A stretch of 64,000 bases of DNA, from positions 25,730,001 to 25,794,000 of the forward strand of contig CM022671.1 in the NCBI GenBank assembly GCA_012295275.1, in the 5' to 3' direction. Positions 42,601 through 57,235 of the stretch are shown here, piece by piece. The notes under the pieces are model-generated. The model was given only the letters and a program-made list of their open reading frames with translations. It had not been told where the DNA came from and ran no database searches. The position numbers and the translations under genes were made by a program. Every line of letters begins with the position of its first letter. Positions within the stretch are counted from its first letter, which is position 1. Origin of the DNA: Chrysomallon squamiferum (lineage: Eukaryota; Animalia; Mollusca).

Positions 42601-45600
42601 GTCCTAATATTTAATTTAAAATGTTATTTTATCATTTATTATTATGTCTATATTCTTTTAATTTAGTATTATGCATTCATAAAAAAATTTATTATGCTAT
42701 TTCAAAATTTAAATTTATGTTTTTTTAAAAAGCATTATTAAGACGTATTCTGACATTTATAGCGTTTCTAAACTAGTAAATGTCAGTTTGAAACTGTGCA
42801 CCAGAGTTCATTACACCCTCGTTATCAGACCACTCCTGCAATTTTCATTTCACCTACAGTACACAACTTTTCACACCCTCAGCTTTCCAATCACCTCATC
42901 TCTTACTTCATAAAAACAGAAAATAAAAAAATAAAAGAAACCACACAAACACCTTTATTTTCTCCGCTAATTGCATAAGAGAATTCTTTGTATCTATATT
43001 CATAGCTTGCACTGTAAGACTCGTAACCGTTATAGACATGGAAGAGCTATTGATCCCTGACTTTTACAACTAGACCTCACATTTCTATTTCAGTCCGAAG
43101 TTAACACGTCAAACTTCATTCCCAGTTCCTCATTACACTGATCTGGCAGAGCGAAATCTGCCGTTTCCAACTTTTAAAACGTGCGAATCCACGCAGTAAC
43201 GAATGAGTTGGACTGCTATAAAATATTAAAACCTATTCTGAAGCTAGGAAATCTGAAGTTTCTGTGAATAAATTTTACAAAAATTAAATTTTGAAAAAGA
43301 GTCATGTGCGGAGAATAATCAATATTCCTTTCTCAAACAGCAGTGCTAAAAATTGCCAAAATTTAAAGTTATTTGGGCTGTAATCAATATCCCCTGTTCT
43401 GCGATGCTGAAATAGCAAATAAGGAGCACTCGCCAGAACAAGAAAAAAAAAAAAAACTAAAAAAACTAAAAAAAAAAAAATTTTTTAAATTATTCTTCAA
43501 AGCAGATTAATCAACCATGCTTTTAACATGATTTTTTTTTTTTTTTTTTCACAAAAAAAAAAAAAATTAATAAAAATAGAGACAATAATGTCACTGAGAA
43601 GCATTTTCAAAGGTGATTCAGACTTTGTCATATTGTGTCAAATTAAGTTAAAAAAAAAAAAATGTAAAAATCATTCAGGTTTGTATGTCAAATCTTTGTT
43701 CACTAATATTATTCCACAAGGACCCAAAAAAAATTGATTGCACCAGACACTGAATAGCAGTCAAGTGCTGAATGAAATGTTTTCATCCTGTATTAAATCA
43801 GGAGTCAGGGAATGTACTCTCACTTCTCAATAGACCCTAGAGAATTTCATAAATATCTGTAATAAACTGAATATACAGAATATAAATACCGATACCTCAT
43901 TTAAATGGCTTTAGGATCTGTCAAACAGATTTAAATGAACATATAGGATATCAGTGACGTATTTTAAATATACATGAAGGATACAAATATAGTCACCAAT
44001 TTCAGATGAACATATATACTATGATATAGAATATAAAAGTCATCTATTTTAGGGGCACACACACTGGATGAAAGTGCAAGTCAACTGGTTTAAATGCCCA
44101 CATGAGAATACACAATGCCATGAATTTTTATTTGCCTCTATAAAACACTATAAATAAATAAATAAATAAATAACACATTTTCGATGTATATGTTGGGTAT
44201 AAATATCGCTCATTTTAAATGACTATATAGAGGATTATTTTTTTTTTTTTTAAATTCATTTATTTTAAATATGCATCTAAGAATATAAATGACAGCTACT
44301 TTAATTGCTCACTCACACAACATACATATAAATAAATGTGCGTCATCTCTCTATTTTTAATGAAGGATGTAAATAACGTCACATATTCTTAGAATTTCAT
44401 CAGCTTTAAAACAAACAGGTCAACAGGAGTTTAAGAAAAACAAAAAAAATAATAATAAAAATTAATGTCAAACGGTGACCGAAGACTAACCCTGAGTAAA
44501 AACGCAGTCAGATGAAATTTGTAACTCTGAATATACTCCTCTTTAATCAATAAGGAAATTGTTGCTCGCCCATTGACAGCAAGCAATGCTGATCGGCTAA
44601 AAGCTAAAAGATATGGGTCATACTAGCCTAGTTTCACTGATCAAGATACCAAAAATAATCATCTGGGTCATACACAGACGGGTTTTAAGAGAAAGCAAAC
44701 AGATGTTCTAAGGCAGGTTTTATCTTACCTGTTGAACACAGTGGAAAAAGGCTTCAATTAAAAATATTTAAAAAATCTCTTTGTGTAGTAGTAACATGGG
44801 GAACATTCTGGTTGTCAAAGATCTGGGTTTGGTTCAGTGTTACAGGCACAAAGATTTAACCCCTTTTTAGATGTAATAGAGAAAGAGGAGAAAGAGAGAA
44901 AAATATAAGACTGTGATGATATGATAATAGAACTTAACAAGGGTAAAGAAGATGAAAGAATCCACAAACACAAAACACATCATCTCAGTTTGATGGTTTC
45001 TTTGTTGTGTTTATTAACAACAGATTCTGGCTTGTATTCAGTCAGTTTAAAATAAAACGACACCTCGTCTTTCTCAAGTGCTGTGATTCTGTAGCCCCAG
45101 GCTTATCTGGAGTAAAAAAAAAAAAAACATGCCCTGAAGCCCAAATTACTGAATAATATACATCTGTATACAGTTTAATCAGCTGCTGAAATCCTTGTGG
45201 ACAGGTTGTTGTCATTAGGGTTAAATGCAAACATGAAATACTTCAATTAAACTGTATTTAACTGTTACTTTAAATACATACATTTAAATTAAACCAAACA
45301 TTTTATCTCTATACATACAAATACACAGGAACAAATTCAATAAAATTAAAATGAAAATGTAATCTGTATACAAACAAATACACAACCACAAATTAAACAA
45401 TTATTAAAGTTTTTAAAGTTTGTTTTTTTACATTTCAAATATATTTTCCAAATGCATAATGATTTCTGGCAACAAAGATTAACTCAAAAGACATAAAATA
45501 CCCATGATTAATAAATGCAGTGTTTAGATTATCAATGTTTTAAAATATTGTTACTTGTTGACGATAAGGAATAAAATATATATATAAAACAAAATAAAGC

Positions 45601-46368
45601 TGATTTAATTTTCTCACTAATTTTTGAAATCTGATTTTAACATTATCCTTTTTTCTCAGTGATTACATATATTTATATATATAGCATTTACAACAACTTT
45701 ATTTCAAACAGTCAAAACAAAATTCCCCTGACATCATATGGATTTATACCACTGAGGTAAGTTTCTTTTTTTTTTATTTATAAACTTTGCTGATAAACAA
45801 TGATGCAAGATTTATTTTCTCACTTTTTTTTTTTTCTTTTTTTTTCACAAAGATAAAACAAAGAAGAAAAAAAAAAGTGTTTAAAAAATGTAATTGTCAA
45901 TTTACTTTCTCTGGGGCCAACAAACAAAGAGTAAAATGTAAGCATTATTTTTGGACCAGCCCGAGACAGACACCTGTATGTAGAGCAAGGTAAGAGATAA
46001 AGCTCAGGTACAAGATTACCTGTACTTGGTGATAGGGATACCTGACAACGCGGGCTGTGCTGTACAAAAACAATGGGGCTGTGAAAAGAGCACCTATTAC
46101 ACCGAGTTTGAACAAACTCGTTGTGTTTTCTTCACAAACATCGCAGTTATTTTAACATACACGGCCTCAACAATGACCAGGACTGTGCAAACTGGACTGT
46201 GGTCAGAACAAAGGGAGGGAAATTAATTCTGGCTACAGAATGAACAAAAAGGGCATTTTTGTTAAATGAATTGTCAATTGCTGTTATTCGACACTTGAGT
46301 CTGAGAAAATAAAAACATCAGGCAGAAATAGTTGTGATAGATCACCTTAATTTGTATCAGTAGATTTA

Positions 46369-46400
<32 letters not shown>

Positions 46401-47153
46401 ACACATACTATTATTTATTAAAATACTTTTATTATTATCTTCTTTAATGCTATGGTTATCATCATCTCTAATACTCCCACAAAAATAATGGAATGTACTG
46501 TCCTGTTATGGCATATTGCCAGGAATCATTTACAAAGTATACTTTGAGTATATATTTCTTCATTTTTGTTGTCTAAAACCATACATTTATTTTAAAACAT
46601 TAAATATGGACAAATAACGAAGAACTGTTTTTTTCAACTCGTTTGTTTGTAGGTTGTTATTATTACGTTTATGATGATCTTCATCCAGATCTGTCAGAGA
46701 CATTAACAAACCATTTTCAGGCAGTTTTAACACACACTGTGTCAGTCGTTTTGTTCACAACCACTGAAGCATCCACGAATCAGCTGGTCTTTAACAGATA
46801 CGATTCTCTGATAAAAAAAAAAAAACCCCACCTAATTTCATATATCCAGCAATTTTTTTTATTATTATTATTAATTTTTTTAAATCATATTTATGGCCAA
46901 TATTAAACCTGCATATCAAGCTGATATATACAACACATTATTAAAAATAAATAAATAAATGAAATATTAACATATTTCCCCACAGAACAATCCATTGTTT
47001 TTGTTTGTCTCGGATTTCTAAACCATCAATTTCATGAATGAGTTGCAGGCACTCAAAGAAAAGCAGCATTTCCTGTACCAACTGATTAAACCAATTATTT
47101 CCTGTGACCCACACACAGCTTTTGTATTTGTATCAAATCAAAGCTCCATTCAA

Positions 47154-47208
<55 letters not shown>

Positions 47209-47409
47209 CAGTACATGCATTCTCACTTTGTTTAAGTGTGTCAAATTAGCATTGCTATTCAAACTGCATTGTTATATGTGTTGTGCTATATGATCGTGCA
47301 ACTATCAATACAGCAACTGACCCTGGAACCTACAAGTATATGTGATTATCTATCATCAGCTGACTCTTAACTGAAATATGTATTGTATAAATACAGACTG
47401 TGAAAAAAA

Positions 47410-47440
<31 letters not shown>

Positions 47441-48918
47441 GTTTTTAGGACTTAATTTTAATGCTGTCATGTTTAATAAAAAAAAATTCTAAATGATATT
47501 TATATAGTTCAGCCCAACAGTAACCAATTTACAAACTGAACAGTTTTACATTACATCCTTACTACAAGCCAGTATCATTCAACAAATGCTAACAGCAATG
47601 ACTACCGTCACTACACATTATACAAAATCTGCATTTCTTTTTTTTCTTCTTTTTTTTCATAAGCAATTGGATAACATTATAAAAAATATCCTTTCATTCT
47701 GTTTTATTAAAATTCTATGTATGTACGTGTCTAGACTAGTTCTTTTCTATACACATAAAAGTTTTGTACTGTAGACCTGTTGTGATCATAGTGCAAGTGT
47801 TTTATAGCCAGGTAATACTGATACAGTCTGCTGAGTTGTTATATACTTCATTTATTGCATACAATGGAATACGAACATACTGTGGAATACTATACCTGCA
47901 TGTGTTAATACAAAGCATAAACAAGGCTAATACCAGCATTATATGCAGACATTAGTTAAATAAAAATAATAAAAAAATATCCCCAGACTAAAATGATTGT
48001 TTGATGAAACTTTGTACTTTTTAGTGTTAATGATTGCTGTGTCACAAATACATGGTTATGTGAAATACAATAGGCTACACTTGTAATCAGGGGTTTTAAA
48101 TTTTAAAAGTATTGTTCATAGATTTATTTTGTATCCTTATAAAAGTGTTGGGCTTTTGTTTATTTAATTGGCTTTTGACTGTCCTGTTCAAAAAATAAAA
48201 CACAGCATATGTAACAATAATTTCTGCTCGTTTGAATAAGGAGTATGTGAAGTAGAAAGTATCCATTAGAGCATGTTCAGTCTTGCTTGTTTCATTTTAT
48301 TTACTTTTTTTACAGTGAAGTGATCAGGTAAAATATATCCTTCAGCTCGATTAGTTAATTGTAAAAACCATTCACGTTTCAAACAGAAAATATACCCGTA
48401 TGTTCAGACATGTATCAAATGTAAGATAAAGCTAGATATTTAATACATGATACACCTGTGTGGCTGGATGTCCATTTCAGAGACATATCCTTATCAAACA
48501 CACAAACCAGACTTATCAAACATGAAGCATTTGCCCATGTGTTAGAACACGTCTTTCAAACACATGATACATACATGTGTTGAGAAATACATTTGAAGCA
48601 AGATACATTCATGTTTTGGGACGTACATCTACATTTCAAACTCATGGTATATGTATATCCATGTGTTTAGGCACATATTGCAAATATAATATATCTGTGT
48701 GCTGACATGAACTTCAAACACAAAAGTATTCCACATGATAGCATGTATATATTTCAAATACATTATAAATCAATTTCAAGTGCAAGATGGATCCAAAGGA
48801 TTAATCTGTCCATTTCAAATGGATGATGCATGCATGTGTCCAGAAATAAATGATATTCAATTTAAAACACAAGATACCTTCATAGATGATGTTACAATGC
48901 ATGAGACATTTAAGTACT

Positions 48919-49106
48919 TATAAATACATTTGTAATATGTATATTTCACCTGTAATGACAAGGCACATTTCAAACCCAATACATTTCCATACATTTATAA
49001 ATACATTTCTAACATGTATTATTCACCTGTAATGACAAGGCACATTTCAAACCCAATACATTTCCACACATTTATAAACACATTTGTAACATGTATTATT
49101 CACCTA
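48919..49106. repeat. ~77-bp tandem repeat, ~2.4 copies, within an older degenerate minisatellite field
   Basis: ttcacctgtaatgacaaggcacatttcaaacccaatacatttcca occurs twice. Confidence 0.85.
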
Positions 49107-49795
49107 TAACATACATGATACATCCCAGTGTTTAGACTCATATTTAAAACATTCCTAGAGGACAGAGACCTCTAGGTACTGTTGTTGAAGGGGTGCACTG
49201 AAGTGTGTGCTGGTATCCAGACAGTACAGTTTCTGATTACAGGACATTTGTCACTTTAGTGCTGACTCTAACAACAGTGGCAGCAGTTAACATTACACCT
49301 GTCTGTTCACCTGATAAACATGGGAAAGTAATTTATTTTACATTTGTTTTTGTTTTTTTTCTTTTTTATATATATATTTTTTTTTTTTCAATTATTTTAT
49401 TTTATTTTATTTTATTTTTTATTTTTTATTTATTTTTATTTTTTATTTATTTTTATCTTATCTTATTTTATCTTATTTTTTATATTATTTATTTTATTCA
49501 ATTCATTAATTTTTTTTAAATTATTTGCTGCTGTTTATAGAAACAGTTTCCATTATAATTATTTTGTAAATATTTCACACACATCTTTAGTGTTTGTATT
49601 TAAATTTCTGTTTGATTGTGTAATATTGCATATGTACGTATTGTATTAGACATTACAAAAAAAACACCAATAATTTACAACAGGTGAGGAAAAAAAGCAA
49701 AACCTCAACATATATCTATTACTAGAAAACCAATGACAATGAACAACAGGGTTTTACTTTCTTTTCTTTTCTTTTTTTTTTCATACTAAATTTCT

Positions 49796-49816
49796 ATAAA
49801 GGATACATTTCTGGAA
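49796..49816 (-). promoter_or_regulatory. Second copy of the U12-type donor site
   Basis: TTCCAGAAAT|GTATCCTTTAT versus the authentic TTCCAGGAAAT|GTATCCTTTAT 77 nt upstream. Confidence 0.75.
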
Positions 49817-49883
49817 CTGACACAGAACAAAAAATAAAAAGGTGACCTTACTAGCAGACTAGAAAGGAAATAATAAAGGATAC

Positions 49884-49939
49884 ATTTCCTGGAAGAAGTC
49901 AATGTGAGGTGGCTGCAGGATGTCTAATGATGATAACAC
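49884..49939 (-). CDS. NLK: NLK exon (56 nt): VLSSLDILQPPHIDFFQE(I)
   Basis: Acceptor tctctcttcAG; ends at a U12 donor; conserved LDILQPPHID motif. Confidence 0.96.
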
Positions 49940-50051
49940 CTGAAGAGAGAAAGATTTCTGTAAATACATTTGCTCATCATTACCAGGGCAGAAACTGAAT
50001 ATATGAATCATACTGATATGTGGATCAATAGATATATATAATGCTGAGAAG

Positions 50052-50170
<119 letters not shown>

Positions 50171-51978
50171 AATAACATTTATAGTAAAAGAGTAAAGACT
50201 GATAAATGAATACAGGTGTAGACAGAGCAATGGGGAAAAAAAATGGATAAATTGATGCTGATATATAGGCCTTATTTATTAATTGTTACAAGATTTCTTA
50301 CAAATGCTTAAGGACATATGTAAAGGGATAATGATAAAACAGAAGATTATTTTAAGACAGAAGTGAAAAAAAAAATCAGTTGGAAATCGACTATGGAAAT
50401 GATGACGAAAACTAATATTAAACTTTGATGAATGCCATTTACTGATTTGATCAAGTAAAACAAAGTTTAATTGAACATTAAATTACAGTCTCTTGTGGTT
50501 TGCACTTATTTTCACCTTCGGTACGTGTGTGAGAAAATGATCAATACGAGATGGATCTGATTTATTTTACTTCTGAAATGACAATTACACACTTGACGTA
50601 CACCAAGCAAACACAAAACAAATGAGTGTAATTGCTATCATACATGAAATGAACCGAGAATGTGTGTGGCGAAACAGTGACTATTTTAGTCACGAATGCG
50701 TTCTGTTTCATAGCATTTAAAATGTATGTACTCTTCCGATATCTCTAACAGTTGAAGAAACACATTAATTCAGATTTTTAAAAATCTAAACTGCAGTAAT
50801 TAGAAACAATTCATCTCTAATATTATTAAAAACATTTTCATCTTTTTTTCTCTTTTATTCTTCTAAATAAATTCTTTCCTTTCATTATTAACTGTTTTAG
50901 TCTCTTTTTTTTCCCCCAGTTTGTCTCTCATTATATATTTATTACTACTTCAGGTACATTCAAATTACAAAGCTTTTTACCATAAAATATTTTCTGAATT
51001 TAAAAAGACAGGCCATGGTCAGCAACACTTACAGACAAACAGACAGCTGAACAGCTGGCATAACAAAAACATTTTTTACATCTTTTACAGTAAGATAGTC
51101 AATCTGAACCCCAATCTTAATACTGACATCAACCCCCAACCCCAAATATAAATATTTTCAAACAAGCAGTTTTGTTTCCAGTTATTTTGATTTTCAGCTG
51201 ATGTTTCAGCTACTGTGTTTTCTCTGTATACTGCCCACAGGGAAAAAAAAAAAAAAAAAAAAAAAAATTACACTGTGGAATTAGAAATTTTTTTTTTGTT
51301 TGAATTCCATGCAGTGTACTGTTAATACTAGGACACAGAAGTATTAGGTGAGTAAATCGGAATTTTTTTTACAGCTTTTTTTTATTATTTATAATAATTC
51401 CCTGTTTATTGATAATAATTCCCCTTGTGAGGGAATACATACTGATGAAAAATATTGGTGCCTGCAGCTCAAGGTTTTACAAGGAAACAAATGTTGTATA
51501 CAAACAACTATTTATATCTCCAGCTCCCCCCCTGCTTGGGGGGGGTGAGGATACGGAATCCTTCGTCCAGCCTGACACACTGGTCAGTGGAATGAATTCA
51601 CTGTTGGGTGACCTCGTAATCCAGCTGTGCACATTTCTGTTTACTCAGTATTTATTAGCATAATATTATGGCACTAATTTGGCCGGCCTCATTAGCCAGT
51701 TCCTTGTGGATCAAAATGACCTGGTTTGCCTTGTACTAAAGTTGCATTTAAAATGGTTTCAATATCCGAAAGTCAAGTCACTGAAGGAAAAGCATATCAG
51801 TTGATATAGAAAGAAATGAGTTTATAACAAGAGAAGATGTTTTTTTCTTCAAGATTGCTATGGCAATAGAAAACATTTCATTGATTATATGTGGTTTCAA
51901 TGAAGAATATCCAGACCTATCTATCTATATATATAATCTAGAATTAATCAAAATGTATTTTGGATTTGTAAAATATAG

Positions 51979-52030
<52 letters not shown>

Positions 52031-52039
52031 GTAATAGTA

Positions 52040-52079
<40 letters not shown>

Positions 52080-52107
52080 TAAATAATAATAATAGTAATA
52101 ATAATAA
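51979..52107. repeat. (AAT)n microsatellite with (AATAGT) interruptions
   Basis: Seen directly; source of the poly-I/poly-Y ORFs. Confidence 0.95.
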
Positions 52108-52409
52108 CTAAAGGTGAAATTATAATATAATCTTTGTCAATTTTACAGTTTTTCCTCAAATTATCTAAACATCATTTTTTCTCTCCAAAAAAACCCATCA
52201 ATTTAAAAAAAAAAAAAATTTATAAATAAACAGATGTGACCTAAATAGTAGAAATATTGTAAAAAAAAAAAAAGGATTTACATTTTTTTTTTTTTTTTTT
52301 ACTATGAAGACTATTATGAATGAACAGATGTGACCATATAGTAGGAACACAGTTGAAAAAAATAAAATTTAAATAATAATATATTTTTTATATGTACTAT
52401 TAAACTTAC

Positions 52410-52539
52410 ATTGTCATGACGAAAATGACATAGCATACGAAGTTCTCGATAGACCCGTTTACAGGAAATTAGGTTCTGGAAGACATTTGGCATCTTTTTC
52501 AGGGCTACGCGCTTTCCATCTCGCGGGTCAGTAACTGCC
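52410..52539 (-). CDS. NLK: NLK exon (130 nt): (W)AVTDPRDGKRVALKKMPNVFQNLISCKRVYRELRMLCHFRHDN; first coding exon visible in the window
   Basis: VALKK catalytic lysine; ttctccAG / GTaagt boundaries. The leading G would complete the Trp of GxGxFGVVW from an upstream exon not found in the window. Confidence 0.97.
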
Positions 52540-55500
52540 CTGGAGAAAGAGAAAAGAAAAACATGAAAATCAATGAATTTATCCATCATTTTAAAAACAA
52601 TTTTGACAAGCTGAAGTAGCGAGTAAATGACACAGATGTTGTGTTGTTGTTGTTGTTTCTTTTTTTATTTTAATTGAGTTATTCATATATTTTAATTCAT
52701 TTAATTGAAACATTAAAAAAATTAAAATTAAAAATAGAGAAAAAAATTAAAAAATAAAAATAAAAAAAGAACCTATTGCAATTAAATTTTATTAACATAC
52801 TCATATCAGTTTGTTTTTTCAAATCACTGTTTTGCAGTTTATTTTAGAAAGAGCTTCATGATCAAAATATAGTTTTTGAAAAGGCACTTGACTTTTAAGC
52901 TTTGAAAATGGACTAATTTACTAAATATGCTGAAATTACAGAAATGACCTTTCAAGAACAAAATAATAACACTACTAGTAATAATGTAACTGTTAGATCA
53001 TGAAACGGGTCTGAAGGCTAAATTATGATGTATATAAACTTCATGCTAAAAATCTTAATGTATGTAGATACAGACAGATTTGCAGATATACAGAGACAAA
53101 GGCAGATAAATGGACATCAAACAAAGTTTGTTATCATGGATGTTAACTCACAATTATTCCATAATTTAGGCCTTCTGAAATGTCAGCATATTTATTTTTA
53201 CAATCATATTACAGTGCTGTCAAAATAAATTTGTCTAACAAAATATTTGTATACCAAAAATTCTGTTAGTGTAATTATTATTATTGATCATCTTCTAAAT
53301 AAATATCCTCCTAATGCTGGTAAAGTAAATATTTTTGTTATAAATTAACAAAGACAAGGCTTCATCATCTTGTCTAGAAGTCAACACATTGTGTGATAGA
53401 GTGATGCGGTATAAACTGAAGTATCCACAGAACCATGGTTCATTAGTATTTGTTAGTATTCCTTAGCGAAGCACAAAGAATGACATTTATGATCTAATAA
53501 CAGGTTTTTAAGATAATAAATAGTTCAAGGCCTGCTTTCAGTGACACGGCTTACAGATTCAATAAAAGTATTTCAGGAATATCATAAACAGATTATCTGC
53601 CGTGTTTTTTTTGTTATAGCTTTTACTCCAAATATATTCAGATGGTTTGAAATCCGTGATATAACAACTAGGCATTTAATTGTGATTTTATATATATATG
53701 TAATCTTATTGACTAATAAACATGGTTGTGGGTTTATTGAAATGCCAAAAATGAAATGCATGCACATCAGAGATGGATGGCCTTTGAGAAATGAAATATT
53801 CTGAAATGTTCCTGACACAGGTTTATTTTGTCTTTTAATTATTGTTTTATATATTTTTTTAAATAATAATAATAATAATAACTGAATGTCGAATTTATGT
53901 CAAATGTCAATTATACAAGTGACCTACAAGACATGTGTACAGATTACATCACTCATCATGAATTGTGATGGTTGGTTGTAAAAATTCAACTTTCTGTTGT
54001 TGATGACATTGTTAAGAACCTTGCTGAATCAGTGAAGAGCAGTTCCAGGAAGAAGATAACAATAAGTGAACAATGGGGCAGACTGAACTGCACAATAATA
54101 CTGCTTGACTTGCAGAAATTGTATTCATGCAGATGTTAGGCTTTATCTCCTCTGAAATTCCTGCAATGTCTGTTATACTTGTCAACAAAAGTTGTGGATG
54201 CTGAAGATATCAGTTTTTTTTATCAGGTTTTTTTCCCCCCCTTCCATCTGACATTTTGAGAATATGGCACGAACAATGAATATGTAACAAGCTGTATCAA
54301 GAAGAAAAAAAAAATTGTTGCCATATTCTTCATTCTAATGTGTACTGGTATTGTTTCTTTTTAGTATTGTTGTTGCTGCTATTATTGTTAATCTTGTTCT
54401 TGTTGATGTTGATGCTGATAATAGTGTTTATGTTATTGTCAAGTTTCTAATTCTTAAAATATTTTTCCATAAATACAACTGTGTACATACAAAGTATTTT
54501 AAAATCACTAACTCTGCATTAAAACAATTGAAGATTGAATGCAATCTTGTTTTTTTTTCTATTATTATTATTTATTTATTTTTTAAAATATTATTTAAAA
54601 AATCGTCATGTATATTTTTAGTTTTATGTATGGAAACAGAAAAAAAAAAACATTTTCTAAATACTGACAAATAATCATCACTCACTCTGTATGAATGTAA
54701 TATCTGTAACTAAAATAAATTTTAAAATCTCGTGTTTAATATTAATATATCACTGTGTTATTGACGACTGTATTATATACAGCTGTAAGTGTTACAACAG
54801 ACAGATGCCAGAAGAATGAAGTGCTTTGACAATTACACGTAGCAGCTGGGTTATTGTGATGTAATCGGGTTACCATAGAAACAGTGTACACAAAGTCTAC
54901 ACTGGAGCTAAAAAGAAACGCTACGAAAGTTAATTATAACAAATTCACTGAAACAGATGTTAAAAGAAAAGAAAAGACAGGAAAAAAGATTAAAGAAGAA
55001 AAAAACGAAATCTGTATTGACTGAAAGTAATGATCTTTGAGAGAATTTATTATAATATGAAGTACATTACACACATTTAAAAATCAAATTAATAATGTTC
55101 TGCTTCGGTTCACATGGTCCACATTGTGATGGTTATGATCAATATGGAAAATAAAGCCATGCAATGTTTACCCACCTCCTACAGCTTATTTACTTTACTA
55201 GTTCTATTAGATGCAAACATTAGGCATGTACACACGATGTTCAATAAACAGGTGACAACTGTGTAAGCATTCTGGGTTCAGAGGCTACGAGTGAGGATGA
55301 ATTAATGTTTGTTTTATGATACATACACATTTCTAATAAATGATGTGTTAAAAAAAATAAAATAAAAATAATAATAATTTTTCTTTTTCTTTCTGTTATG
55401 CAGCAATGGCACACTGAACAAATATCTACTCATTTCATTTAGCAGCAAGAGATACTCTCCTCTGTTTGTGGTTACTCAAAACATGACAGCCGTTTTGTAA

Positions 55501-55658
55501 GAAATATCGTGAAAGATCACAGTAATGGGCACTGTTGGGAGGATGCAAACAGTTCAGTGGACAAATCGGGGTGTGATCAAATGACCTATCTCCTTTCTCA
55601 AGACAACATTGAACAAATTATACAACATTAAAGTCTTCATTATATTTTATTACATCAC

Positions 55659-55696
<38 letters not shown>

Positions 55697-57201
55697 TATA
55701 TCCTACAATAAAAAAAAAAATCCATCCTAGAAAAATATTTATTTTTTAATTAATTTTAAGGGAAAAAATAAAATATTTATTACATCTGTTTCATGTAGAT
55801 TGTCAAGTGGAAGTATCACATGTATGTATCAATGCAGTATTGAATAACCTGTATCACCATCTGCTCTGTGTGTCATGCTAATCAGCCCTCCACAGAAAAC
55901 CCTAACAGGGGGCACACACATGCTGTCCCATTCACTGTGTCAGCTACACAGAATGTAATCTACCATGAAACACACGTTACCCCCCAAAAAAGGGCAAAAA
56001 CACTTTCCACAGCACACTGACCATCATCAGTCTAACCTCAAAGCATCGTTGACCATTAAACAAATCCCCCAGTGGAAGGACCTGTGAATGAGGTAAAGAC
56101 AATAAAACCATGCATTTGAAAAGATAATTAGTTTAGAGACCTGGCAAGGATGTGATATCACAGGTATCAAACAGCAGGAATAAGCTGTAAGGCAAAGCAA
56201 TAAAAAGAAAAAGAAGAAGTAAAAAAAAAAGAAGAGAGAAAAAGTAATGAAAGCAGAGTGAAATCTGGCAACAACAAACAACACAAAGCTGTTAAGGAAA
56301 CACAGAGGCAAAGCTGTTACATGTTAACTGTAGCTATTGTCAGCTAATGGCTCGGCCCTTGTTTGTTTTTCAATACACGAACAAAAAAACATTTATTTTT
56401 ATGTGAGAATTACTGCTGAAGTAATCAACCCTTTCGATAACACCCCAAGCCTGAAGATCAAACAACTGAAAGGTTTTTTTTTAAATATACATTAACAAAA
56501 ATGAAGGCCCATTTTATTCAGAATATATTATTAATGTTATCATCGATATGAAAGATTATAAAAACACCAAAGAGTGAATTCTAACATTTTAAAAACAACA
56601 ACAAAAAAAACAACCTCAAAATCAACTTTCAGTTTAAGATATTTAAAATTCAGCCCTGGAAAGTAAAAGAAAGACATTTAAATATAACACGATAATGAAA
56701 CTACAATTGTTTGAAAAGAATAATACTCTGCTTGTCAAATGCCTTAATACTGCTATATACATTTTATTATCTTTAGTATTGTTCTTGACATTTTGCAATA
56801 AGTTTATTTTAGTGCCAGTCAAGTGATATGAAAATAAAGTATAAAAGGCTATGTGTCGATAAATCATCTCTAATGAAAACATACAAAAAATTAATACGAT
56901 ATTTTTATATGCATTTAAAATGAACACATGTGGACATGTCACAATATTTTATCTAAAAACCAGTAAAAAAAACTTGTAAATGTCAGTTGTATTCAGATGA
57001 AGGATGTAACTAGATTATTCACTTCAATATTCAGTTATCAAAAGAGTGTATCCATACTTGTGTGAGAGCGCCTGTCTGTGTGTGTGTGTGTGTGTGTGTT
57101 AGATATTTTTCTGTAATTGTCAACTTATTCAATTATTCACACAACACAGCTGAGGCACTGATAAAAGAGTATCTGTAATAAATAGGATTTTGGGCCACTG
57201 G

Positions 57202-57235
<34 letters not shown>

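Noticed and set aside
43977-43984. Additional GTATCCTT on the minus strand inside the U12 intron
   Set aside because: Bare 8-mer within a degenerate AT-rich repeat field, without exon-end similarity or acceptor context; compatible with chance.
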